A stretch of 64,000 nt of DNA. It comes from Bacteroidales bacterium (GTDB lineage: Bacteria > Bacteroidota > Bacteroidia > Bacteroidales > ML635J-15). A model generated the notes under the pieces. That model did not search any database, was not told where the DNA came from, and was given only the letters and a program-made list of their open reading frames with translations. Both the position numbers and the translations under genes were made by a program. This document shows positions 16,917 to 27,300 of this stretch, piece after piece. The stretch is from assembly GCA_017551515.1 (NCBI GenBank), contig JAFZLK010000038.1:16064-80063 (forward strand), given 5' to 3'. Each line of letters starts with the position of its first letter. The first letter of the stretch is position 1.

Positions 16917-18425
16917 ATGGTAAGAGTAAGATTTGCTCCAAGTCCCACGGGACCGCTTCATATTGGCGGAGTTAGAACCGCTTTGTACAACTATTTGTTT
17001 GCCCGTCACAATGGCGGACAGATGATTCTTAGAATCGAAGATACCGACCAGACCCGCTATGTTGAGGGTGCCGAGGAATACATTATGAATTCGCTCGAAT
17101 GGTGCGGCATCAAGTTCGACGAAGGTATTCGCGAAGGTGGAAAGTATGGCCCTTATCGCCAAAGCGACCGCAAGGACATTTATGTAAAATATGCACAGAT
17201 ACTTATCGACAATGGTAGTGTTTATATGGCATTTGACACACCAGAAGAATTGAACGAACTTCGTTCCGCAGCCGAGAAGGAAGGCAAAACCTTCATCTAC
17301 AACTTCTCCACCCGCATGAGCCTTCGCAACAGCCTTTCGCTTAGCAAGGAAGAAGTTGACGAACTGCTGAAAAACGGCACTCCGTATGTTTTGCGCTTCA
17401 AGGTGCCGGAAAACCGCGTGCTCGAAACCCACGACGAAATACGTGGTGACATTACATTCAACACCAAGGAAATGGACGACAAGGTTCTGATGAAGACAGA
17501 TGGCTTGCCAACCTATCACCTTGCAAATATCGTTGACGACCACCTAATGGAAATTACACATGTAATCCGTGGCGAGGAATGGTTGCCATCTCTGCCATTG
17601 CACATACTTTTGTACGAGGCATTTGGTTGGGAACATCCTAAGTTTGCACACCTGCCGTTGATTCTCAAGCCGAGCGGAAAGGGCAAGCTCAGCAAGCGCG
17701 ACGGCGACCAGCTTGGTTTCCCTGTTTTCCCGATGCAGTTCAACAACAACGGCGAAATGTGCAAGGGCTACCGCGAGGACGGATATTTCCCCGAGGCTTT
17801 CATCAATATGCTTGCTCTATTGGGCTGGAATCCAGGCACTGAGCAGGAAATCTTCTCGATGGACGAACTCATAAAGGAATTCACAATTGAGCGCGTTGGC
17901 AAGAGCGGAAGCCGTTTCGACCCCGACAAGACAAAGTGGTTCAACCACCAGTACATTTTGAAGAAATCGGCAGAGGATGTTGCTGAACTTTTCCGCAAGG
18001 ACTTGGATGCTCGCGGTGTTGACTATTCAAAGATAGATGTCGTACGCATTTGCGAACTTATGAAGGAAAGAATTTCTTTTATTCACGAAATGTGGGACGA
18101 AACCCGCTTCTTCTTCGAGACTCCAACGCAGTTTGATGAGAAGTTCAAGAAGAAATCATGCAAGGAAGACACCGCCGAGGTTCTTGAAACCTTGATTACC
18201 ATACTCGACAAGTGTCCAGACTTCAAGCCCGAAACTACCGAAGGTGCTGTAAAGGCATGGATTGAAGGCAACGAATGGGGTTTTGGTAAGGTTATGTCGC
18301 CGTTCCGTCTGGCAGTAGTAGGCGAGGGCAAAGGTCCGAGCGTATTCGACATGATAGAGGTAATCGGCAAGGACGAAACACTGAAGAGGATAGGAAATTT
18401 AGTCAAGGAACTGCGTTCCTGCTAA
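16917..18425 (+). CDS. gltX: Glutamate--tRNA ligase
   Basis: VRVRFAPSPTGPLHIGGVRTALYNYLFA carries the HIGH motif. Also present are ILRIEDTDQTR and KLSKRDG (KMSKS-type). Confidence 0.95.
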   Translation: MVRVRFAPSPTGPLHIGGVRTALYNYLFARHNGGQMILRIEDTDQTRYVEGAEEYIMNSLEWCGIKFDEGIREGGKYGPYRQSDRKDIYVKYAQILIDNGSVYMAFDTPEELNELRSAAEKEGKTFIYNFSTRMSLRNSLSLSKEEVDELLKNGTPYVLRFKVPENRVLETHDEIRGDITFNTKEMDDKVLMKTDGLPTYHLANIVDDHLMEITHVIRGEEWLPSLPLHILLYEAFGWEHPKFAHLPLILKPSGKGKLSKRDGDQLGFPVFPMQFNNNGEMCKGYREDGYFPEAFINMLALLGWNPGTEQEIFSMDELIKEFTIERVGKSGSRFDPDKTKWFNHQYILKKSAEDVAELFRKDLDARGVDYSKIDVVRICELMKERISFIHEMWDETRFFFETPTQFDEKFKKKSCKEDTAEVLETLITILDKCPDFKPETTEGAVKAWIEGNEWGFGKVMSPFRLAVVGEGKGPSVFDMIEVIGKDETLKRIGNLVKELRSC

Positions 18426-18453
18426 AATTGTTGAAGTACAAAACATATAGGAA

Positions 18454-19605
18454 ATGTTGATATTAGAAAAACCATACGTATCGGAAACACTTATCCGTAC
18501 AGCAATAGAGAAGAATCTACCAGTTTTGCGCAACAGCATGTCGGAGACACTTGTAGCAAGAGGCAATAAGTTGAACCTGTACGATGACAACGCTTTTGCA
18601 GCGGAATACGAAAAAAGGCATCGTCTTTACTCAATGTCCGAAAATGGACTTGGATGGATTGTGGAACACCTTAAGGACAAGGAACTTATCGACAAAATAG
18701 GTCTGCTCAAGGACAAGGCAACATTCCGTCGTATATGCAGTGATATGTATCCCGACTTTTTCTTCAAGGAAGTTGAGGTCGCAGAACTCATCAAGATGAG
18801 TACTGATGGATTGAAATTCCCACTTGTGCTAAAGCCATCTGTAGGATTCCTGAGCGTAGGAGTTTATGTAGTGCGTGATGAGGCAGAATGGAAAACCGCA
18901 ATTACAGACATTGAGAAGAATTTTGCAAAATCGAGTGCTCAGTTCCCGGAATTTGTAGTTGGTACGGCAAAATTCCTTATAGAAGAATATATACATGGTG
19001 AGGAATATGCTGTGGATGCTTATTTCGATGAAAACGGCAATCCTGCAATTTTGAATATTTATCATCACAGATTTGCATCGGAATCGGATACCAGCGACAG
19101 ACTATATTGTTCGAGCAAAGCGCTTTACGATACATACGAGCAGACATTCACCGATTTTCTGATAAGCACAAACAAGGTCATTGGATTGCGCAATTTCCCA
19201 ATGCACATTGAATTCCGCTACGATGGAAAGAAAGCTATTCCAATAGAGATAAATCCGTTGCGTTTCGCAGGATTCTGCCTCAACGAATTGCAGACGCACA
19301 TCACGGGCATTCATCCAGTGGTTGCTTACTTTGAAAACATACACATCAGCAAGGAGGAAATGTGGAAAGGTCGCGAAAACGACACTTATAGTTTCCTCGT
19401 GCTTGAACGCCCCACGAAGGCACCTGCAAATGCAGTCTTCGACAGCGCAAAGTTCAAGGCATCGTTCTCTGATGTTCTCGAAATTCGCGAGGTAAAGGAA
19501 GCCGCCGTTGGTGTTGCTGCAACAGCGTTCACCCGTACCGACAAGGCTCATGAGGCAGAACTTGACAGAATCCTGACTCTCGACATGATGGAGTTCATGA
19601 AGTAA
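18454..19605 (+). CDS. ATP-grasp domain protein
   Basis: 383 aa. FPLVLKPSVGFLSVGVYVV..EAEW, FLIEEYIHGEEYAVDAYF and IEINPLRFAG fit the ATP-grasp B/C-domain layout. Confidence 0.55.
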   Translation: MLILEKPYVSETLIRTAIEKNLPVLRNSMSETLVARGNKLNLYDDNAFAAEYEKRHRLYSMSENGLGWIVEHLKDKELIDKIGLLKDKATFRRICSDMYPDFFFKEVEVAELIKMSTDGLKFPLVLKPSVGFLSVGVYVVRDEAEWKTAITDIEKNFAKSSAQFPEFVVGTAKFLIEEYIHGEEYAVDAYFDENGNPAILNIYHHRFASESDTSDRLYCSSKALYDTYEQTFTDFLISTNKVIGLRNFPMHIEFRYDGKKAIPIEINPLRFAGFCLNELQTHITGIHPVVAYFENIHISKEEMWKGRENDTYSFLVLERPTKAPANAVFDSAKFKASFSDVLEIREVKEAAVGVAATAFTRTDKAHEAELDRILTLDMMEFMK

Positions 19606-19634
19606 GATTTCGTAGTGCTTCGACTACATAAAAA

Positions 19635-20060
19635 TTATTTAGACGACCTATCCTTTAGGTCGTCTATTTTACATCCCACCTCCGTAACTACGGCGACATT
19701 AGTGCCAAGTTCATCAGTAATGTTGATTTCAAAAAAGCAATTCCTGCGACCTGACTTAAGGCATCGTGCTTCGGCGATTAGTTTATTGCCTCGAACTTGG
19801 TTTAGGAACATGATGTGTGCAGATTCGGTTACCGCCGATAGTTTCTCGGCATTGGCAGCTACGGCGTAACAAAAGTCAGCAAGAGTGAATATTGCACCGC
19901 CCATTACAGCGCCAACTGTATTTCGGTGACGGTCTTCAATTGAAAGTTCGCATTTTGCGTAATTGTCTGCTGCGGCAACAATTTCTATGCCTGTGACCTC
20001 GGTTGCAAACTTGTCGCCACTGAAAGTATCTCTTGTCTGCTGTAGTTTCAAATCATTCAT
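19635..20060 (-). CDS. PaaI-family hotdog-fold thioesterase
   Basis: HRNTVGAVMGGAIFTLADFCYAVAAN is typical of PaaI/4HBT. I chose the ATG at 20060, which overlaps the gmhA stop (ATGAATGA). Confidence 0.7.
   Translation of the reverse strand: MNDLKLQQTRDTFSGDKFATEVTGIEIVAAADNYAKCELSIEDRHRNTVGAVMGGAIFTLADFCYAVAANAEKLSAVTESAHIMFLNQVRGNKLIAEARCLKSGRRNCFFEINITDELGTNVAVVTEVGCKIDDLKDRSSK
19641..19670. terminator. Bidirectional hairpin between the convergent ATP-grasp and thioesterase genes
   Basis: AGACGACCT atccttt AGGTCGTCT is a perfect 9-bp stem followed by ATTTT. The hairpin overlaps the last codons of the minus-strand thioesterase. Confidence 0.6.
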
Positions 20061-20637
20061 TGCCAAACAATTCCTTTTCGACAAGTTCACAAACAATATG
20101 ACCTATCATTATATGTGCTTCCTGTATTCTTGGGGTGCAGGTAGATGGGACATTTATCAGCAAATCGGATATGGAAGCAATTTTTCCTCCGTCTTTTCCC
20201 GTCATTGCAATGGTTGAAACACCTATTTCACGAGCTTTTTCAAATGCTTTAAGCACATTTGCAGAATTGCCAGATGTTGTTATTCCGACAAGTACATCGC
20301 CTTTGCGAGCAAAAGCTTCGACAGCCCTCGAGTACACATTGTCGAATCCATAGTCATTGGAAACGGATGTCATATACGATGAATTGCAATGCAAAGCCTC
20401 TGCATAAAGCGGTTTACGGTCAAGATAGAATCGTCCCGACAGTTCGGCTGCGATATGCTGAGCATCGGCTGCGCTTCCGCCGTTTCCGCAGAAAAGGACT
20501 TTTTCACCGTTCCGGTATGTGCTGATAATTGTATCTTTGAAAGAGCATATTTTGCCAAGCAGATTCTTGTCGTTGAGAATCGCCTGCTTAACATCTATGC
20601 TGTCGTGTATTATTTTTTCAATGTCGGTTGTAAGCAT
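20053..20637 (-). CDS. gmhA: D-sedoheptulose-7-phosphate isomerase (SIS domain)
   Basis: FCGNGGSAADAQHIAAELSGRF, GDVLVGITTSGNSANV, IAMTGKDGGK and RIQEAHIMIGHIVCELVE align closely to my recollection of E. coli GmhA. Confidence 0.85.
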   Translation of the reverse strand: MLTTDIEKIIHDSIDVKQAILNDKNLLGKICSFKDTIISTYRNGEKVLFCGNGGSAADAQHIAAELSGRFYLDRKPLYAEALHCNSSYMTSVSNDYGFDNVYSRAVEAFARKGDVLVGITTSGNSANVLKAFEKAREIGVSTIAMTGKDGGKIASISDLLINVPSTCTPRIQEAHIMIGHIVCELVEKELFGNE

Positions 20638-21752
20638 CAGTCAAAAAGTGTTTCTATGGTTTTTGTAAGATTTCCCCACGAAAATTTTTGTTTCTCAATA
20701 GCCACATTCTTCTCGAATGTTTCACGGCGGTTGTTTTCGTAAAAGTCGACTATTGCATCGGCAATATCTTTGGGATTGGGCTCTACCACATATCCAACTT
20801 CTCCATTCTTAACAATGTCGGCAAGTTTTTTTACATTGGTTACCAGCATAGGTTTCTCGAAATGATATGCCATCCGTGTGACGCCGCTTTCCTTTGGTTT
20901 TTTGTAGGTCTGTACAATCATGTCGGCTGCCGAAAAATACTTGTGGACATCGCTGTTGCTAATGTATTCGGTGTGAATTTCAAGGTAATCGCCCACGCCG
21001 GTTTCCCGAATCTTGTCAATATATGGTTGAATGTTGTCTTTGAATTCGCCGGCGATAATCAGTTTTACATTGTATTTGCGTATCCTTTCGTCTGATAGAG
21101 CTTCAATTAATAGGTCAACACCTTTGTACGGACGTATGTAGCCGAAAAACAGCAGATACCTGCAATTGGGGTTTAGTGAAAGCTGTTGAATTGCCATTTC
21201 GCGAGGAATGCGCTCTCCATACGGCACGCTTATAGGCAAGTTTGAGTATTTTTTGGGCTTCGGATTTTTTTCGAAATGTTCAATATCTTCGACAATGCCT
21301 TTGTTTACATACACGAAGCCATCAATGTTTCGGGCGAACTTGTAAGGCAGAAAGCGGTCTAGCACATCAGCGTCTTCCGGAATCATGTCTTTTACAATTG
21401 CCACTCTTTTTATTCCTGAAGTTTTGTTTAGTTTATGGGCAATGTTGCCCATGCAGACAGCAGCCTTTGAATTGGTATATGCAAATATCACCTCATCGGG
21501 AAGCGATTCCTTTATGTAGTTTGCAGTCTTCCGCCAAGTCATAGGATTCATGCTATTTATCATGTGGGTTATCTTCAGGTTTTCGGGAGACGAATCGCCT
21601 GACAGCTTTCTCTCCTGCTGGGTGCCTTGGTATTTATAGGTAACAATCTCAACATCATATCCCTCGTCCATAAACTGGCGCGCAAGACAATGATTGAACG
21701 TAGAAACCTTGCTCCTGTACGGATACGCTGTTCCAACTATAATTACTTTCAT
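20637..21752 (-). CDS. Glycosyltransferase, GT4-like (GT-B fold)
   Basis: MKVIIVGTAYPYR is at the N-terminus. The C-terminal region ADMIVQTYKKPKESGV...EKPMLVTNV...GEVGYVVEP is an E-x7-E type region. I chose the ATG at 21752 because the track start at 21776 is TTG. The stop shares 1 nt with the gmhA ATG (TGATG). Confidence 0.75.
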   Translation of the reverse strand: MKVIIVGTAYPYRSKVSTFNHCLARQFMDEGYDVEIVTYKYQGTQQERKLSGDSSPENLKITHMINSMNPMTWRKTANYIKESLPDEVIFAYTNSKAAVCMGNIAHKLNKTSGIKRVAIVKDMIPEDADVLDRFLPYKFARNIDGFVYVNKGIVEDIEHFEKNPKPKKYSNLPISVPYGERIPREMAIQQLSLNPNCRYLLFFGYIRPYKGVDLLIEALSDERIRKYNVKLIIAGEFKDNIQPYIDKIRETGVGDYLEIHTEYISNSDVHKYFSAADMIVQTYKKPKESGVTRMAYHFEKPMLVTNVKKLADIVKNGEVGYVVEPNPKDIADAIVDFYENNRRETFEKNVAIEKQKFSWGNLTKTIETLFD

Positions 21753-21882
21753 CTTCCTTTTCCTAATCAAGTGCAAAGTTAATCTTTTTATGAACTCTTG
21801 AAACTCAAATCATCATTTTTTTCAAATCTTTGAATCTTCAAAATTATTTTTCAACAACTGCTCGCCGAGCAAAAAAAAAGTG

Positions 21883-21890
21883 TACTTTTG
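21883..21890 (+). promoter_or_regulatory. -7 box for pdxJ
   Basis: TACTTTTG lies 48 nt upstream of the ATG. Confidence 0.4.
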
Positions 21891-21938
21891 CTTCCCTGTT
21901 GCGTAATGCAGGGGGGTATTTGACGAAATAGATTTATA

Positions 21939-22658
21939 ATGACAAAGTTAAGTGTTAATATTAACAAGATTGCGACTATAAGGAATGCTCGCGGAGGCAA
22001 TGTTCCCGATGTGAAATTGGCAGCAATAAACTGTGAAAAGTTCGGTGCGCAGGGTATTACTGTTCATCCTCGTCCCGACGGACGTCACATAAAATATCAG
22101 GATGTGTACGACATTCGCCCTATCATCACCACAGAATTCAACATCGAAGGTTATCCGTCTAAAGAGTTCATCGAGCTTGTTTTAAGAGTAAAGCCTACTC
22201 AGGTAACACTTGTCCCCGATCCACCCGAGGCTCTAACATCAAATGCAGGATGGGATACAGTTACAAACAAGGAGTTCCTGAAGAAAATAATATGCGACTT
22301 CAAGGATGCTGGCATCAGGACATCGATATTCGTTGACACAAATCCACAGAACATAGAAGGTGCTGTATATACAGAAACAGACCGCATTGAATTATATACT
22401 GAGCCTTATGCATCAAATTTTGCAAAGAGCAAGGAAAAAGCTGTTGCCGACTTTGTAAAGGCTGCAAAACTGGCGAACAAACTCGGACTTGGAATCAATG
22501 CAGGTCACGATTTAAACTTGGACAACCTTAACTACTTTGTAACAAAAGTCCCGAATGTAGCAGAGGTATCAATTGGTCATGCTCTAATTTCTGATGCATT
22601 GTATCTCGGACTTGAAACCACTATCCATAAATACCTTAACGAACTGAAGACAAAGTAA
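21939..22658 (+). CDS. pdxJ: Pyridoxine 5'-phosphate synthase
   Basis: [36 protein letters not shown] and [12 protein letters not shown] are present. Confidence 0.93.
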   Translation: MTKLSVNINKIATIRNARGGNVPDVKLAAINCEKFGAQGITVHPRPDGRHIKYQDVYDIRPIITTEFNIEGYPSKEFIELVLRVKPTQVTLVPDPPEALTSNAGWDTVTNKEFLKKIICDFKDAGIRTSIFVDTNPQNIEGAVYTETDRIELYTEPYASNFAKSKEKAVADFVKAAKLANKLGLGINAGHDLNLDNLNYFVTKVPNVAEVSIGHALISDALYLGLETTIHKYLNELKTK

Positions 22659-22686
22659 TTATTCATGTATTATAATTTAGCGATTG

Positions 22687-22712
22687 GCGTCTGGATTATC
22701 CGGACGCTTTTT
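22687..22712 (+). terminator. Terminator downstream of pdxJ
   Basis: GCGTCTGG attat CCGGACGC is an 8-bp stem with one G-U pair, followed by TTTTT. Confidence 0.7.
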
Positions 22713-22790
22713 GTTTATGCCATTGTAGAATAATTTATTTTTTTCAGATTTGTTTATTGCGATATAAACTAAAAGACTTACATTTGCCAG

Positions 22791-22798
22791 TAATTTTG
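22791..22798 (+). promoter_or_regulatory. -7 box for the decarboxylase gene
   Basis: TAATTTTG lies 35 nt upstream of the ATG. Confidence 0.4.
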
Positions 22799-22833
22799 CA
22801 ATGTAGTTAATTTAGATTTTTATTTTTTAAGAA

Positions 22834-24228
22834 ATGAAAGTTAAGTATCAGGACTTGATTGAACAGTCATTCGATTTTCCAACCGAAGAATTTGAGGTTG
22901 AAGATGGAGAACTTCTTTACTACGACATTCCGCTTATGGACTTAGTGAAGCAATATGGAACACCATTGAAATTTACCTACTTGCCAAAGATAACGGAGAA
23001 TATCCAGAAGGCAAGAGTATGGTTCAATGTTGCAATTACAAAGGCCGACTACCAAGGTAAGTATGTGCAATGCTATTGTACAAAAAGCTCGCACTTTCAG
23101 TTTGTTATGGAAGAAGTGCTGAAGAATAATGTGCAATTGGAAACGAGTTCTAGCTTCGACATTGACCTTATTCGTGCACTAAAGGAGCAGAATCTCGTTG
23201 ACGAAAGTCTGCATGTTGTGTGCAACGGTTTCAAGATACCTGCATATATAGAGAACATTGCCCGATTGATGAACGAAGGTTTCAAGAATGTGATTCCTAT
23301 TCTCGACAACCCCAACGAGTTGACTGGCTTGCTCGAAAATGTTGAGGGCGATTTCAATGTAGGTATTCGCATCGCATCGGAGGAAGAGCCAAAATTCGAG
23401 TTCTATACTTCACGACTTGGAATAGGCTACAAAAACATAATGCAGTTCTATCACGATGCCATTGAAAACAATCCGAGAGTAAAGTTGAAGATGTTACATT
23501 TCTTCATCAACACGGGAATCAAGGATACTGCATACTATTGGAACGAGTTAAACAAGTGTATCAATGTTTATTGCGACCTGAAGAAGATTTGTCCCGACCT
23601 CGATTCTCTTGACATTGGTGGAGGTTTCCCGATAAAGAATAGCCTTAACTTCGACTACGACTACGAATATATGGCCGAGGAGATTGTAAACCAGATAAAG
23701 ATGATTTGCACGGCTGCTAAGGTTCAGGAACCTGATATTTATACCGAATTTGGTTCGTTCACAGTAGGCGAGAGCGGTGGCGCAATATATTCTGTTGTTG
23801 ACCAGAAACAGCAGAACGACCGCGAAAAGTGGAATATGATTGACTCGTCGTTTATAACTACATTGCCTGATTCGTGGGCAATTAACAAGCGTTTTGTAAT
23901 GCTTCCGCTTAACCGTTGGGACTGCCAGTACGAGCGTGTTTTCCTTGGCGGTCTTACCTGCGACAGTGACGACTACTACAATTCCGAACAGCATGTCAAC
24001 GCAATCTACTTGCCCGAATTTGATCCGAACGAAACACTTTACATCGGCTTCTTCAATACAGGTGCATATCAGGAGGCAATAGGTGGATTCGGTGGAATAC
24101 AGCACTGCTTGATTCCTGCGCCAAAGCATGTACTGATAAATCGAGACGAGGAAGGCAAGATTACAACAAGACTATACTCCAAAGAGCAAAGCTACAAGTC
24201 GATGCTGAAAACATTGGGGTACTATTAA
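22834..24228 (+). CDS. Group IV (alanine-racemase-fold) PLP-dependent decarboxylase, arginine-decarboxylase-like
   Basis: 464 aa. GTPLKFTYLPKI, CYCTKSSHF (PLP-lysine context), LDIGGGFPI and GGLTCDSDD (active-site Cys context) are present. The ~465-aa form is commonly annotated as arginine decarboxylase in Bacteroidota, from my recollection. Confidence 0.65.
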   Translation: MKVKYQDLIEQSFDFPTEEFEVEDGELLYYDIPLMDLVKQYGTPLKFTYLPKITENIQKARVWFNVAITKADYQGKYVQCYCTKSSHFQFVMEEVLKNNVQLETSSSFDIDLIRALKEQNLVDESLHVVCNGFKIPAYIENIARLMNEGFKNVIPILDNPNELTGLLENVEGDFNVGIRIASEEEPKFEFYTSRLGIGYKNIMQFYHDAIENNPRVKLKMLHFFINTGIKDTAYYWNELNKCINVYCDLKKICPDLDSLDIGGGFPIKNSLNFDYDYEYMAEEIVNQIKMICTAAKVQEPDIYTEFGSFTVGESGGAIYSVVDQKQQNDREKWNMIDSSFITTLPDSWAINKRFVMLPLNRWDCQYERVFLGGLTCDSDDYYNSEQHVNAIYLPEFDPNETLYIGFFNTGAYQEAIGGFGGIQHCLIPAPKHVLINRDEEGKITTRLYSKEQSYKSMLKTLGYY

Positions 24229-24239
24229 TAGTTTAAAAT

Positions 24240-24311
24240 GGTTTGAGGTTGTTTGAAATGGTTTTGTTTTTTTTATTTCCAAAACATTATAACTCATAAA
24301 CAACCTCAAAC
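24240..24311. repeat. Long imperfect hairpin in the decarboxylase / PKD-gene intergenic region
   Basis: GGTTTGAGGTTGTTT (24240-24254) pairs with AAACAACCTCAAAC (24298-24311). An inner GGTTTTG / CAAAAC pairing is also present. Confidence 0.5.
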
Positions 24312-24368
24312 AACCATAAACAACCTAGAAACTTAGAAACGGCGAAGCCATATAAACTTAGAAACAAC

Positions 24369-24395
24369 AAAAAAGCGGACAATGTCCGCTTTTTT
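24369..24395. terminator. Bidirectional terminator abutting the stop of the 1004-aa PKD gene
   Basis: AAAAAA GCGGAC aat GTCCGC TTTTTT. Confidence 0.75.
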
Positions 24396-24396
24396 G

Positions 24397-27300
24397 TTAT
24401 TCAACCACCAAGGTTCTTACAATTGTGCCCGTATTAGTTGTTATTCGTATTGCGTATGTCGCTCGCTGGAAACTGGAAATGTCAATTGTTTCGGTATCCG
24501 AATTGGAATCCATGTCAAATACAAGTCTGCCAGTGATGTCGAAAATGCTTATACGCTGCATACCTTTAGCCGAAACATTTACAGTTGACATTGCCGGGTT
24601 AGGATATATTTCGATGTTATCTTCGCCAGCCACGCCGATTCCAGTCTCGTCAACCACAGTAATAAAACCTTCTTTGGTTTCCATATCGGTTGACGCACCA
24701 CTGGTAGCAAACAAAGTCACATTGTAAACACCTGCAGTTGCATATACTACAACTGGATTTTCTTCCTGCGATGTCGCTGGTTCCCCGCCTTGGAAAGACC
24801 AATAGTACGAAATTGCATTTTCGCTCAAGTTGACAAATGACACTGCCTCCCCTACTCGTACCGTTGTTATGTCGGCGGTAAAATCAGCGGCAGTGACTGC
24901 CCTAACATAAATATATGCAGTCTTTGTTTCTATGTCATATCCATGTCCGTTGGTTGCAAACAAAGTTACATCGTAGTAGCCAGGAGCACTGTAAACAACC
25001 ACAGGATTTACCTCCGTCGAATTTTCGGGCACACCACCTTCAAAAGTCCAGAAGAACGATGTTGCATTTTCGCTCAGGTTGTAGAAGAATACGCTGTCAC
25101 CGACAAATACATCAACTGCAGAAGCCTCGAAATCAGCCGAAGTTACTGGCAGAACAGTTATGTAAGCTGTCTTTGTTTCTGTATCGTTGCTGTTTTCGCC
25201 AGCGGCAAACAATGTTACCGAATACGAACCCGGAGTATCGTAAGTTACATTCGGATTAACATCGGTAGAAGTTGATGGGTTCCCACCTGCAAATGTCCAA
25301 TAGAATGTTGATGCATTGATACTCAAATTGGTAAACGAAACCGTTTCGCCAGCAATTATTGTTCTGTTGTCGGCGGTAAAGTCGGCAGAAGCAACATCAA
25401 CCACATTCACATTTACAGTCTTAGTATCGCTGTCGGTGCCGTTTGTAACAAAAAGTGTAATCGCAAAAGTTCCTGTGCGCGAATATATTATCGTTGGATT
25501 TTCATCGGTTGAAGTAGCTGGTGTTGCACCCTCAAACGACCAGAAACATGATGTAGCATTTTGACTGCGGTTCTGCATTGTTATAGGCTGTCCTGCAGGT
25601 AAGGATGCAGGCACATAGAAATTGGCTACAACAGCATCGGGTTGAGGAGGTTCAACCGGTTCTTCTGTAACTGTAATGTATCCGCGCTTTGTCTCAGTAA
25701 CACCATTCACATAAATCATTATGTTGCTTGAACCAGCACGCAAACTTACATCGTAAACACCTGGAGTATTGTATGTTACATCTGGATTCGCATTGGTCGA
25801 AGTAGAAGGTTCTCCTCCATCGAATGTCCATGAGAAAGCAGAAGCATTTGAACTGCAATGACTTGTAAAATGAACGGTTGTACCAACTTGCACAGTTGTG
25901 CGGTCTGCTTCAAAGTCAACATCTATGTCGTTTCCCGATGGAGCGGTAACAATAATGTAGTTCTCCTTTGTCTCAGTTGCAGCATTTGTAAGAAGTTCCA
26001 AAGTGCTCGCTGCTGCCTTTAAGGTAACGCTGTACATTCCTGCTTCGGCGTAGGTCACAGATGGATTTTCGTCGGTAGAAGTGATAGGATTTCCGCCAGT
26101 GAAAGTCCAGAGATATGCTCCTGCATTCTGGCTCAAGTTGGTGAAAGTAATGGTTTCACCCTCGGTGATACGGGTTGCACTTGCTACAAAGTCGGCATAA
26201 AGAGCATTCGGGTCCTGCGTTATCCTTAAAACTATTCCAGATGCAAAAGGTATTTCCCTATTGCTTATCTGCATGTTTATTGGAGAAGTAACGGTTCCAT
26301 CTATAACGCCCGAAATATTAATGTTGAACTCGCCGACTTCGGTTGGTGTTCCGTAAATATGAATCGATTGGTATTCGTTGGATTCCATGTAAGTACCGCT
26401 AAGACAATATTCAAGCCCCGCTGGCAGGTTTGAGAGACCGTTAATGTCAATGCTCGAAATGTTTGCATTTGCGTTGACACTATAATTGCCATAGATGTTA
26501 ACTTCCACCGATGTGGTTTCGGGACATTTTATTGTAAGACAAAGGTCAACCGGTGTATTCACCTGATATGCCATCGGTTGCGATGTGTAATACGGAATGG
26601 TCGTCTCGGTGAAATCGGCATCGGTCACTATAGGACAAGCATCAGACAGGCAAATCAAACCTTGCTCGATGGTAATATAGTTTTCCTTTATTTCTGTATC
26701 GCTGCCATTTTCGTTCTCAACGGTCAATTGGACTGTATAAGTGCCTATTGCCGAGTATGTATGAGTAGGATTTTGTTCGGTAGAAGTTGATCCGTCACCG
26801 AAATCCCAAAGCCATGATGTCGGAGAGAAGGCACTTTCATCGACAAAACGAATTTCCTCGTTTACAGTTGCATTTGTTGTGCTAGCCGAGAAATTTGCTA
26901 TCGGCAATTCTGTACCTAATGCATTTACTACCAATGTTATACCCGATGAATAACCCTGCGCGAGCATACTGTTTGCCATATTAAGCAAAAATGCCTGAGT
27001 TGATGCGCTGTATGCACGAGCAACAATTTTAAGGTCATAATTTCCAGCAATTGTCGGGGTACCAGTAATATGCGCTGTGTAGGCTGTGTTTGGATGCGCC
27101 ATTGTATCGCTAACGCAAATGCTCAATCCATCTGGAATATTCTGGAATCCGCGCAAAGCAATGCTGTCAATTACGATTGTCATCCCACCTTCGCTGATTG
27201 ATGCGGGAATCAAAAGCGTTAGACAAAGGTCAACAGGCGTTCCAACTGTAAATTCTGGAATCTCAGCGGGGTGATACTGAATGATTGTCGATGAGAATTC

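Noticed and set aside
21753-21776. Upstream TTG starts proposed by the ORF track for the glycosyltransferase (21776), the second DUF3791 gene (31157) and topo IV parE (50454).
   Set aside because: In each case an ATG a few codons downstream gives the conserved N-terminus: MKVIIVG; MITKKQ with an ATGA overlap; and MAENNN with the TTG falling inside the -7 box.
24655-25389. Regularly spaced ~249-nt repeats that could be mistaken for a CRISPR-like or satellite array.
   Set aside because: They lie in frame inside a long ORF and encode PKD domains. The repeat units are far longer than CRISPR repeats, and there are no unique spacers.
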